Positions 9,495 through 18,025 of a stretch of 64,000 bases of DNA are shown piece by piece. The DNA comes from Clostridia bacterium (GTDB taxonomy: Bacteria > Bacillota > Clostridia > TANB77 > CAG-508). The stretch spans positions 4,389-68,388 of the forward strand of contig JAFTJF010000006.1 of NCBI GenBank assembly GCA_017456555.1, given 5' to 3'. The notes under the pieces were generated by a model. The model saw only the letters and a list, made by a program, of their open reading frames with translations. It did not search any database and was not told where the DNA came from. A program made the position numbers and the translations under genes. Every line of letters starts with the position of its first letter. Position 1 is the stretch's first letter.

Positions 9495-9518
9495 AGAAAA
9501 CAATTTTCATTGTTTTCT
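9495..9518 (-). terminator. intrinsic terminator of alaS
   Basis: AGAAAACAAT-tttc-ATTGTTTTCT flanked by A-run and T-run. Confidence 0.75.
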
Positions 9519-9528
9519 TTTAAATTTA

Positions 9529-11280
9529 TTATTCTAATATTGCTTTTATTCTTCTAACACCTGATGAAGATGCTTCTTCTTTTTTGATTTTGAAGTGTCC
9601 TAAACTTCCTGTTCTTTCAGCATGAGGTCCACCACATAATTCTATAGAGAAATCACCAATTTTATAAACTGTAACTATATCCCCATATTTATCTAAGAAC
9701 ATTGCTTCAGCTCCCATTGCTATAGCTTCATCTTTTTTCATTTCCATTTTTTCAACAGGAATATCTTTAGCAATATATTCATTTACTAAGTCTTCAACTT
9801 TTTGTTTTTCTTCATCTGTCATTTTAGCGCCATGTGAAAAGTCAAATCTCATTCTTTCAGCTGTGATATTGCTTCCTTTTTGATGAACATGGTCACCTAA
9901 AACTACTTTTAATGCTGCATTTAGAAGGTGTGTTGCTGTATGATATTTGGTTTCCATTTCTCCACTTGAAGCAAGTCCACCTTTAAATTTTTGGTCACTT
10001 CCTAGTCTTGATTTATCTTGATGTTCTTTAAATAATCTTTGATAATCAGACATATCAACTTCTAATCCTTGCTCTTTTGCAAGTTCCTCTGTCATTTCTG
10101 GTGGGAATCCATAAGTTTCATATAGGTTGAATACAGCTTCAGTATCTAATACTGTTTTTCCTGCATTTTTTGTTCTATTTGCAACTTTTTCAAATTCTCT
10201 TTCACCATTTTGAAGTGTTTTCATAAATTTATCTTTTTCAGCAACTATAACATCTGTTATTTCTTTTCTGTTGCTATCTAATTCTGGATATAATTCTTTT
10301 AAAGCATCTATTGATGTAGAAATAATTTCTGGTAAATAACTTAAATCAATTTCAAGTTTATTTAAATGTCTTGTCATTCTACGAAGTAATCTTCTTAAAA
10401 TATATCCTCTATCAACATTACTTGGTCTTCCACCATCATTTATTATCATCATGCTTGAACGTAAATGTTCAGCAACAATTCTTCTACTTTGAATATTATC
10501 TACTTTTTGAAGCTCAACTAATTTGTCCATTACTGGGCTAAATAATTCTATTTCAAAAGGAGTTTGTTTTCCTTGTAAAAGCATTGCCATTCTTTCTAAT
10601 CCAAGTCCTGTATCAACATTTTGTTGAGCTAGTTTTGAATATCCATTTTTATCTTTATAAAATTCCATAAAAACATTATTCCAAATTTCAACATATTTAC
10701 CACAACCACAAGCTGGATTACATCCTTCAGAACATTTTTCTTTTCCAGTATCATAAAACATTTCTGTATCTGGTCCGCAAGGTCCTTCTTCTCCAGCAAT
10801 CCACCAGTTATCATCTTTTCCAAAGAAATAAATTCTTTCATCTGGTATACCTGCTTTTTTCCAAGCTTCATATGCTACCATATCTTTTTCACAGTCTTCA
10901 TCACCAGCAAAACATGTTACTGATAATTTTTCTGCTGGAATTCCTAATTCTTCTGTTAAGAATTCATAACTCATTGCAATTGATTCTTCTTTAAAATAAT
11001 CTCCTAAAGACCAATTTCCTAACATTTCAAAATATGTTAAATGACGGTTATCTCCAACCTCGTCAATATCGTTTGTTCTAACACATTTTTGAAAATCTGT
11101 TAATCTTGTTCCTGCTGGATGTTTTTGTCCTAAAAGATAAGGAACTAATGGTTGCATTCCTGCAGTTGTAAATAATACAGATGGATCATTTTCTGGTATT
11201 ACTGGTGCTGAAGGAATTACAGTATGTCCATGTTTTTTAAAGAAATTTAAATATTTGTTTCTTATTTCGATTGCTTTCAT
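9529..11280 (-). CDS. alaS: alanine--tRNA ligase, short form (583 aa) ending right after the editing domain
   Basis: N-terminus MKAIEIRNKYLNFFKKHGHTVIPSAPVIP...FTTAGMQPL...WSLGDYFK. Editing-domain motifs HTATHLL and CGGPH are present. The protein ends ...SGVRRIKAILE. The ATG at 11280 is preferred over the TTG at 11298. Confidence 0.85.
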   Translation of the reverse strand: MKAIEIRNKYLNFFKKHGHTVIPSAPVIPENDPSVLFTTAGMQPLVPYLLGQKHPAGTRLTDFQKCVRTNDIDEVGDNRHLTYFEMLGNWSLGDYFKEESIAMSYEFLTEELGIPAEKLSVTCFAGDEDCEKDMVAYEAWKKAGIPDERIYFFGKDDNWWIAGEEGPCGPDTEMFYDTGKEKCSEGCNPACGCGKYVEIWNNVFMEFYKDKNGYSKLAQQNVDTGLGLERMAMLLQGKQTPFEIELFSPVMDKLVELQKVDNIQSRRIVAEHLRSSMMIINDGGRPSNVDRGYILRRLLRRMTRHLNKLEIDLSYLPEIISTSIDALKELYPELDSNRKEITDVIVAEKDKFMKTLQNGEREFEKVANRTKNAGKTVLDTEAVFNLYETYGFPPEMTEELAKEQGLEVDMSDYQRLFKEHQDKSRLGSDQKFKGGLASSGEMETKYHTATHLLNAALKVVLGDHVHQKGSNITAERMRFDFSHGAKMTDEEKQKVEDLVNEYIAKDIPVEKMEMKKDEAIAMGAEAMFLDKYGDIVTVYKIGDFSIELCGGPHAERTGSLGHFKIKKEEASSSGVRRIKAILE

Positions 11281-11387
11281 AAAATAAAACCCTTTCAATT
11301 ATTAAAATTAACTTTTGTAATTATATTATAAAATCACGTGTTTTTCAAGTATTTCCACTAAACAAATTATGTAAAATTAACAATGAA

Positions 11388-11420
11388 AGACCGCTACCTG
11401 AATTTTTCAGATAGCGGTCT
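11388..11420 (-). terminator. GC-rich intrinsic terminator of the 607-aa orphan gene
   Basis: AGACCGCTAcCTGA-attttt-TCAGaTAGCGGTCT. The minus strand continues TTTCATTGTTAATTTT. Confidence 0.7.
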
Positions 11421-11436
11421 GTTGTGGTTATTTAAT

Positions 11437-13260
11437 TTATGCGGCGATCAAAGCTTTGAGATTCGAAGGCTTAAGACCTTTGTTTCTCTTCGGTGCTCTG
11501 TTTTTCGGACCGCACTTAATCTGTTCCTCTACCAAATAGCAGTACAGTTTGATTAACATAGCATGCTTTCTCATGCTGTTTGCCTTGGTTAAGGTACGTT
11601 TCAATTCTTGCAGCTTATCCTCTATTGCTGTAATTTCGACTTTAGACAAATCGAAATACATTTCTGCAAACTCGTCTTCAAAGCCAATTCTGGTTTTCAG
11701 AGTTTCCTCATCAATTAGCTCCTCGCAGAACTTAGAGAAAGCATCTTCATTACCTGCAAGAACTACATTTGCCATCAGCGATTTGTCGATTGCACTTTCA
11801 TCGGCAACATATCCGTTGTCCACAGCAAACTTAGTTGCAATTTCTTCAGGAGTCTTTTTCTTACCAATGCCAAGAATTTCACCAAGTTCTTTTACAGAAA
11901 TCATTCCTTTTCCAAACTTCTTAATTGCCCCAGTAGAATCCAAATCGATTATCTTTTCTGCTACTTCGAACTCATCTTTAAGTGCCATTTCTAAGTTGGT
12001 ATATCCCATCTCTTCACAGAACTTAAAGGCCGGCATATAAATTGACATATCGCAGACTCTTCCATCAGAAGCCTGAAGAACAACTTCTTGAGAAGTCATG
12101 TAATCGATCATATTGATAAATCGATTTTTCTCAGTTTCTCCGGAAATGCTGAAGCCATGCTCATCTTCGGGATCATCAGATTCCTCAATTTCATAGAACT
12201 TTCTCGGTTTTTCAGTGATTCTGGATTCTTCCAGGAAAGTATCTTTTTTCTCATAAGTTTTGAAATCTTCCATCTTATGAGCTTTCAATTCTTTGTACAG
12301 TTTGTACAGGGAATCAAAAGTAGCTTGTCTCATCTGATCCTCGAGTGCAAAGGTTTCCATCGGATACACGCCGATTTCAGGATGTACACCATGCTTGATT
12401 TTTCTGATTTTAGAAATGGTTCTGTCAATTCTAACATTATTGACAGAAATAAATTCATCTTTGCCAACCATTTCAAGTTCAGCAAAGCTCATCAGTTCAT
12501 CAAACAGGTGCTTTTTATCCCTGTCTTTAGCGAGTGTTTCCAGTTCATAGGAAATAGCTTGATATGCAAGTCCTTTGGCAGGGCAGCAATATGCCAATCT
12601 CACATTGATCAGGAAAAGATCCTCAGGATAAAAGTTCTTCCGATTGTTCTTTACAGCTTCTTGGTAATCTACAATAATCTTACCAGTATTATTCACAGAA
12701 TTGTAAAGATACTTAAAGTCATGTGCCAGATAATAGTATCCAACATAGATTGTGTAGAAAAGTCTAACAAGCTTTGCTTTTACAAGCATTGTCATACCTT
12801 CCGGCGCTCCATTGAGCTTTTCTGCAAATTCTACAAGCAACTTCTTGTAGTCTTCAAGGTAGAATTGCGCATTCTCAACAGTTCTCAAACGAGTAAGAAG
12901 AGCAGCCACCTCAATGTCACGCAGAACAGATTTATTCGGGTTGCAGCCGATTCCATAATACTTCTTGATTTTCTTGAAATCGTCTTCTCCAATGGTTCTC
13001 TCAAAGGCCGGAAAAGCTTCATTCACAATCATGTTTACATTGATTGGTTTGATTTTGTCGTTAGGTGCGAGATCTTTATATAATCTCAGAACACCAGCTT
13101 TTACAGCTTTCGAGATTTTTTCCTCGTCACAGATTACTTGCCTTTCTTTTTTTTCGCTTGATTTACCTCCTAAAACGTTCGGTACACTTTTTCTTAAAAC
13201 ATTGAAAAAAGTGTTTTTTTCTGTCCGCTGTTGGTTGTTTCCGTTTACAGTCTTGTTCAT
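11437..13260 (-). CDS. orphan protein (607 aa) on a higher-GC single-gene island; function unknown
   Basis: Long ORF with ATG at 13260 (the ORF track extends it to an alternative start at 13311). About 40% G+C on sample lines versus about 25% next door. No motif I recognise apart from a possible HTH around ISVKELGEILGIGKKKTPEEIA. Confidence 0.7.
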   Translation of the reverse strand: MNKTVNGNNQQRTEKNTFFNVLRKSVPNVLGGKSSEKKERQVICDEEKISKAVKAGVLRLYKDLAPNDKIKPINVNMIVNEAFPAFERTIGEDDFKKIKKYYGIGCNPNKSVLRDIEVAALLTRLRTVENAQFYLEDYKKLLVEFAEKLNGAPEGMTMLVKAKLVRLFYTIYVGYYYLAHDFKYLYNSVNNTGKIIVDYQEAVKNNRKNFYPEDLFLINVRLAYCCPAKGLAYQAISYELETLAKDRDKKHLFDELMSFAELEMVGKDEFISVNNVRIDRTISKIRKIKHGVHPEIGVYPMETFALEDQMRQATFDSLYKLYKELKAHKMEDFKTYEKKDTFLEESRITEKPRKFYEIEESDDPEDEHGFSISGETEKNRFINMIDYMTSQEVVLQASDGRVCDMSIYMPAFKFCEEMGYTNLEMALKDEFEVAEKIIDLDSTGAIKKFGKGMISVKELGEILGIGKKKTPEEIATKFAVDNGYVADESAIDKSLMANVVLAGNEDAFSKFCEELIDEETLKTRIGFEDEFAEMYFDLSKVEITAIEDKLQELKRTLTKANSMRKHAMLIKLYCYLVEEQIKCGPKNRAPKRNKGLKPSNLKALIAA

Positions 13261-13453
13261 GTACTTTATTTCGTCTCCCTTCTGTGTATTTGTACGTACA
13301 ATGACTACCACAACTTTATATTTAGTTATGCGTCAAATATTATATCATATTATGTTAACAAAATCAATATTTAAATATATTTATAGCCTTTAGCACTTCT
13401 CATTTCTAATACTCTCAAATCATATTTCTAACCTTATTATTCTACATACAAAA

Positions 13454-13478
13454 AAGACACATAAAACCTATGTGTCTT
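13454..13478 (-). terminator. intrinsic terminator of the Sel1-repeat gene
   Basis: AAGACACATA-aaacc-TATGTGTCTT flanked by A and T runs. Confidence 0.75.
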
Positions 13479-13516
13479 TTCTTTTTATTTTTTACTTAAT
13501 AATTATTTACATAGAA

Positions 13517-14023
13517 TTATTCTTTTCCATATAATCCTTTGTATTCTTGAAATACTTTTGCTTGAAGTTCTCCAACATATTCTTTTGTTACACCTTCAAA
13601 ATCTGTTAAGCTATAGAATTCTTCTAAGCCTGCAGTTTGTTTAGCATATATTGGTTTATTTAATATAGATACTTTATATTCATTTGCTTTGTTGAAATCT
13701 TTTTCAACACCATCTCCCCAATAATATAATTTTCCTAAATAATATTTAGCAAATACATTATCAGCATCTGATGCTTTTTCAAAATATTCTTTTGCTTTTA
13801 AGTGATTTGTTGCAACACCGTTTCCATTATAAAACATTTTTCCTAAATAATAGTTTGAACCTTGAGATCCTCTTTCAGCTGCAACTTCAAAATATCCTTT
13901 AGCTTTTTCAAAATCAACACCTACTCCGTTTCCAGAAAAGTATCTTTTACCTAATTCATAAATAGCTCCAACATCTCCATTATTAGCTAAAACTTCAAGT
14001 TCTTCTATATTTTTAGTACTCAT
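13517..14023 (-). CDS. Sel1-like (SLR/TPR-type) repeat protein
   Basis: Three to four repeats of the Sel1 signature, e.g. A.YELGKRYFSGNGVGVDFEKAKGYFEVAA, YYLGKMFYNGNGVATNHLKAKEYFEKA and YYLGKLYYWGDGVEKDFNKA. Confidence 0.8.
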   Translation of the reverse strand: MSTKNIEELEVLANNGDVGAIYELGKRYFSGNGVGVDFEKAKGYFEVAAERGSQGSNYYLGKMFYNGNGVATNHLKAKEYFEKASDADNVFAKYYLGKLYYWGDGVEKDFNKANEYKVSILNKPIYAKQTAGLEEFYSLTDFEGVTKEYVGELQAKVFQEYKGLYGKE

Positions 14024-14217
14024 ATCATTTCCCCCTTTGAATAATTACATTATTCAACAATTATTTATTTTATTGTATAAATTTTACCATCTTTTGCTTG
14101 ATATTTCTATAAATTTTATATTACATTAATGATACAATTTGAATACAAAGGGGACTTGACAACTCATTTTTTTAAATTTTAAATTTTTCATTAAATAAAA
14201 TTATTTTGTCAAGTGAT

Positions 14218-14772
14218 TTAAATTTCTAAATGTGTACCAAGAAAACCAGCTGCAGACTGTGCTACCTTATCTTCAACATCTCCCATTTTTTGATTTGGTT
14301 GTTTTGATAATAGAATAACACTTCCAACAACATCTCCATCTGTTATTATTGGATATATTACTTGTCCATTATATATTCTTTCTCTACCTTCATTTTTTGT
14401 TATAGGAATTGCTATTTCATTATTTTCTTTACTTTTAAAAATTTCTTTATTTTCTAAAACTTCCTCTAATTCTTTACTTAATCCTTTTTCTAAAAAATCT
14501 TTTTTTGAGCCACCTGCAACTGCAATTACAGTATCTTTATCCGTTATACATGTAATATGTCCTGTGGTTTTTGATATTGTATCAGCATAAGTTGAAGCAA
14601 ATTCTGTAAGTTCTCCTATTGGTGAATATTTTTTTAATATTATTTCACCTTCTTTATCTGTAAAAATTTCTAAAGGATCACCTTCTTTTATTCTATGAAC
14701 TTTTCTAATTTCTTTTGGAATAACAACTCTTCCTAAATCATCTATTCTTCTTACAACACCTGTTGCTTTCAT
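14218..14772 (-). CDS. spoVT: stage V sporulation protein T (AbrB-type N-domain plus GAF-like C-domain)
   Basis: MKATGVVRRIDDLGRVVIPKEIRK...GDPLEIF is the AbrB/SpoVT swapped-hairpin motif. The 184-aa length fits SpoVT rather than AbrB. Confidence 0.85.
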   Translation of the reverse strand: MKATGVVRRIDDLGRVVIPKEIRKVHRIKEGDPLEIFTDKEGEIILKKYSPIGELTEFASTYADTISKTTGHITCITDKDTVIAVAGGSKKDFLEKGLSKELEEVLENKEIFKSKENNEIAIPITKNEGRERIYNGQVIYPIITDGDVVGSVILLSKQPNQKMGDVEDKVAQSAAGFLGTHLEI

Positions 14773-14898
14773 AAATTCCTCCTTATATTGTATTTATATT
14801 TTTATTATGACAATTTAGGAAATTTTTATACATTTTTTATATTTTATTTTAAATAAAATGTCGTTTTTATTAAGTTAAATTTATCTTTCAACAAAAAA

Positions 14899-14933
14899 AC
14901 AAGTACCTAGCTAAAATCTAGCCAGGCACTTGT
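14899..14933 (-). terminator. strong intrinsic terminator upstream of the spoVT promoter region
   Basis: Minus strand reads ACAAGTGCCTGGCTAG-attt-TAGCTAGGTACTTGT followed by TTTTTTT. Confidence 0.8.
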
Positions 14934-14997
14934 CAATATATTTTAATTTGGGGATTTTACTTAATTTTCGTTACTTTTCAAAAGTACATAAATATTA

Positions 14998-15056
14998 AAG
15001 AATCATCGCATCTCTCCTCTCTCTTTAGTATGAGTTTATTTTATACGATGATTCTT
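14998..15056 (-). other. long-loop hairpin downstream of the KAP NTPase gene
   Basis: 11-bp perfect stem AAGAATCATCG / CGATGATTCTT enclosing 37 nt rich in GAGAGAGGAGAG. Confidence 0.5.
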
Positions 15057-15162
15057 AAATAAAGCTTAAAAATTTATTAATTTTTTTATAATCTTCTTAA
15101 TATTTTATATTTCTATAAATATTATAATACCTCACTTATATTCGTTTAATTATAGTATATTT

Positions 15163-17178
15163 TTATATCGTGTTAAGTTTATTCTCCAAACTTTCTATAT
15201 CTATTGGTTTCTTTCTCTTATATATTACTTTTTTTGGCATATCACTATATAATTCTATTATTGTATTCAAATCATTTGCAAATTCTTTTAGCATAACAAT
15301 TTTTATACTTACATCTTTATCTTTGCAATATTCAAATAGTGCATCTCTAACGCTTATTATGAATGGCAATTCTGGTAATAATTCTTTTTTATTTTTCTTA
15401 GCTCTATCTACAAGCATTTCCTTAATTTTTACGATGTCTTCGTTACTTGCACAAGTAATTCTTTGAATCATTTGATAAGTATCGTAGTAATTCAAAATTG
15501 GTTCATTCATACATTCAGTTGTAAATTTCTCATAAAATGTCTCCATTTTCATTGGAATACATTTAAAGATTTCTTCTGCCTTATTTCTATACATTTGTTT
15601 TTCAAGTTCTTTATTAAGCTCATGAAAATGTTTTAATATGTCTTTCATATCTTCACCAGCATCAATACCAATTCTTGAAAGTTCTTCGTCTATATTACTA
15701 CAATATTCTGATTTTTCTGCAACTAAATCCATTCCTTTTAAGAAAATCATTTTTATTGTTGGCATATCATAATCAATTAATTTTCTTCTTGAAAAATAAC
15801 TAAAATATGCAAATAATTTAACAAGTTCTAATAATTTCAAATCACCATTTTGAACATTATCTATAACTTCTGCAATAACAATTGGAAATTGATCATCTGA
15901 AATTTTCCAATATTCTTCTGTAAGTAATCTTTTATAACCTGGTAATTTTTCTGTGTCAATAGTTTGTATAATCATTTCCATATCATTTTTGAATATTTTC
16001 ATATCAAAAATTCTTGTTCTAACATATACTTCAATAAATTTGAAAAATCTATATTCAGATTTAAAATTAAAGTAATAATTATTATCAAATTCTTTAATAT
16101 AGAATTGTCTATTATCCATTAAAACCCTTGAAGAAACTAAGATTGACTTATATTCTTCATTTGAATTGATATTGACAAACTTATCTTTAGTTATTTTACC
16201 TGCTTTAATTTCAAATGATACTGCAATTGTAAATATTAACATTGTTTGCAATACTCTTAAATTTGTATTTGGATAAAATTTATTTACAGTTTCAAAGATT
16301 TTTTGGAAATCATTTAAAGCATGTTTTAAAATTCTTAAGTTTCTAGTTCCTGATTTTATAAATGTGTTTGTTATTAAATTTGTGTGTTCTCTTAAAAATC
16401 TTATTAAATCCGGATTTGACTCATATCTCATAAGTAATCCATTAATTATATAACTAAATTTTGGTGCATATTCAAAGGTTTCACCAATTAATTTTTCTTT
16501 TATTCTTTCATAATCATTTGCTTTATCAAATACATACTCGATTTTTTCACCAATTTTTTCAACCATTGGTTTATCAGCTTTTAATAAACTTCCTTCTTTG
16601 TCAAGTAAATAAGTTGCTATAAAAGTTTTCATTTCTAGATTAGAACTTTTTAATTTTGTTGATAATTCTTTTTCATTACATATAATAATTGTTTTTATAT
16701 GGTCATGTTCTACGAAATTATTTATATAACCTAAAATATCAATTACATCAACATTAGCTCTTTCTAAGTCGTCAAAACATAAAACTTTATCATCTGTTGC
16801 AAAAAATTGTGAATAATCAACTCTTTCATTAACATGTTTTGCACCAAAGAAATGTGCCATGTCAAGTCCTGTTTTGGCATATTCAGGAATTGTTGTTTTA
16901 TCATGAGTTGCCATATATTTCTTTATGCCTTTATCCATTAGTTGTGTTGTTTCTATAAATATTTTTTTGCTTATATCTTCAAGATTAGAAATTCCATATA
17001 AAGACATATAAATTGTTGTATATTTTTTTCCATTAAAAGTTAATGAGTCAATTTTATTTCTTATTTTATTGTTCCAAAAATAAGTTTTCCCACTTCCCCA
17101 TTCACCATTTATCATTATTGCATAGTCTGTATAATCAGCTCTTACATAATCTAATATACTTTCAACTAAATCTTCCAT
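15163..17178 (-). CDS. KAP-family P-loop NTPase (671 aa, soluble)
   Basis: Walker A GEWGSGKT (aa 25-32) and the KAP-type Walker B block VLCFDDLER (aa 132-140), followed by a long helical C-terminal region. Starts 12 nt after the comFC stop. Confidence 0.7.
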   Translation of the reverse strand: MEDLVESILDYVRADYTDYAIMINGEWGSGKTYFWNNKIRNKIDSLTFNGKKYTTIYMSLYGISNLEDISKKIFIETTQLMDKGIKKYMATHDKTTIPEYAKTGLDMAHFFGAKHVNERVDYSQFFATDDKVLCFDDLERANVDVIDILGYINNFVEHDHIKTIIICNEKELSTKLKSSNLEMKTFIATYLLDKEGSLLKADKPMVEKIGEKIEYVFDKANDYERIKEKLIGETFEYAPKFSYIINGLLMRYESNPDLIRFLREHTNLITNTFIKSGTRNLRILKHALNDFQKIFETVNKFYPNTNLRVLQTMLIFTIAVSFEIKAGKITKDKFVNINSNEEYKSILVSSRVLMDNRQFYIKEFDNNYYFNFKSEYRFFKFIEVYVRTRIFDMKIFKNDMEMIIQTIDTEKLPGYKRLLTEEYWKISDDQFPIVIAEVIDNVQNGDLKLLELVKLFAYFSYFSRRKLIDYDMPTIKMIFLKGMDLVAEKSEYCSNIDEELSRIGIDAGEDMKDILKHFHELNKELEKQMYRNKAEEIFKCIPMKMETFYEKFTTECMNEPILNYYDTYQMIQRITCASNEDIVKIKEMLVDRAKKNKKELLPELPFIISVRDALFEYCKDKDVSIKIVMLKEFANDLNTIIELYSDMPKKVIYKRKKPIDIESLENKLNTI

Positions 17179-17190
17179 CTAATCCTCCCT

Positions 17191-17979
17191 TTAATCTTTC
17201 GCTATTACTAAAACAAGAATTTTACTAGCACCTGCTGCTTTTAATATTTTTGATATTTCATTTACAGTAGAACCAGTTGTCGCAATATCATCAAATAAAA
17301 TTATTCTTTTGTTTTTTATTTTTTCTATATCTTTTACCTCAAATGCATTTTCAATATTTTTTATTCTTTCATCTGCATTTAAAGTACTTTGAGTTTTTGT
17401 ATTTCTATTTTTTATTAAAATGTTATTATTAATAATTATAGTGTTATAATTTTTATTTTCAACGTTTTTTATTATATCTATTTTCGAGTCTAAATCACTT
17501 TTAGAATTAACCTTCTTTTCTAAATATTTTATTATTAATTCTGTTTGATTATATCCTCTTCTTAGCATCTTAATTTTGTCCATCGGAACTGGAATCATTA
17601 TATCATATTTTTCAAAAATTTCATTACTTTTTTTATTATTTAATATTACATTTCCAAACATATTTGATAAATATGCACAATCTGAAAATTTGTATTTTAG
17701 TAGCAAATTTCTTATTAATTTTTTATATTCAAAACAATATAAAAATTCATCAAAATAAATATTCATATCTTGCTCGTTATTAATGAATTTTTCGATGATA
17801 TTTGTTTCTGCGTTTTTGAAATTAAACAATTTGTTTATTTCTTCCTTTGTTTGAAGCAATTCAAATTTTTCATATTCTTTTAATCTTTTTCTACACTTAT
17901 CACAAAGCCAATTGGTATCTAGTTTTCCACAAATTCCGCAAACTGGTGGAAACAAAAAATTAAGGACAAAGTCCAGCAT
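17191..17979 (-). CDS. comFC: ComF family protein (phosphoribosyltransferase-like, ComFC)
   Basis: N-terminal Cys4 zinc finger (CGICG...CDKC) and a C-terminal PRTase loop ILFDDIATTGSTV. Contains an Asn/Ile-rich insertion. Confidence 0.8.
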   Translation of the reverse strand: MLDFVLNFLFPPVCGICGKLDTNWLCDKCRKRLKEYEKFELLQTKEEINKLFNFKNAETNIIEKFINNEQDMNIYFDEFLYCFEYKKLIRNLLLKYKFSDCAYLSNMFGNVILNNKKSNEIFEKYDIMIPVPMDKIKMLRRGYNQTELIIKYLEKKVNSKSDLDSKIDIIKNVENKNYNTIIINNNILIKNRNTKTQSTLNADERIKNIENAFEVKDIEKIKNKRIILFDDIATTGSTVNEISKILKAAGASKILVLVIAKD

Positions 17980-18025
17980 ATATTCTCCTTTCTTTGCCCC
18001 TAATTATTTACTTTTTATTTCATTT

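Noticed and set aside
10629-10871. 80-aa ORF inside alaS on the same strand but in a different frame. The many 60-100-aa plus-strand ORFs inside valS, dnaE, recD2, pyr genes and others fall in the same category.
   Set aside because: All are nested within much longer, motif-supported genes and have low-complexity translations. They are an expected by-product of codon bias.
11549-13083. Long plus-strand ORFs (163 aa and 331 aa) antisense to the 607-aa orphan gene.
   Set aside because: Their translations are F/I/S/L-rich junk. This is typical of the complement of a K/E/D-rich coding strand, because GAA, AAA and GAT codons read as stop-free TTC, TTT and ATC. They have no RBS and sit entirely inside the better minus-strand ORF. 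I treat them as shadow ORFs.
14140-14217. Inverted repeat ACTTGACAA...(43 nt)...TTGTCAAGT downstream of spoVT as an operator or terminator.
   Set aside because: It has a 9-bp stem with a very long AT loop and no adjacent U-run. This could arise by chance in AT-rich DNA, so the support is not strong enough to call.
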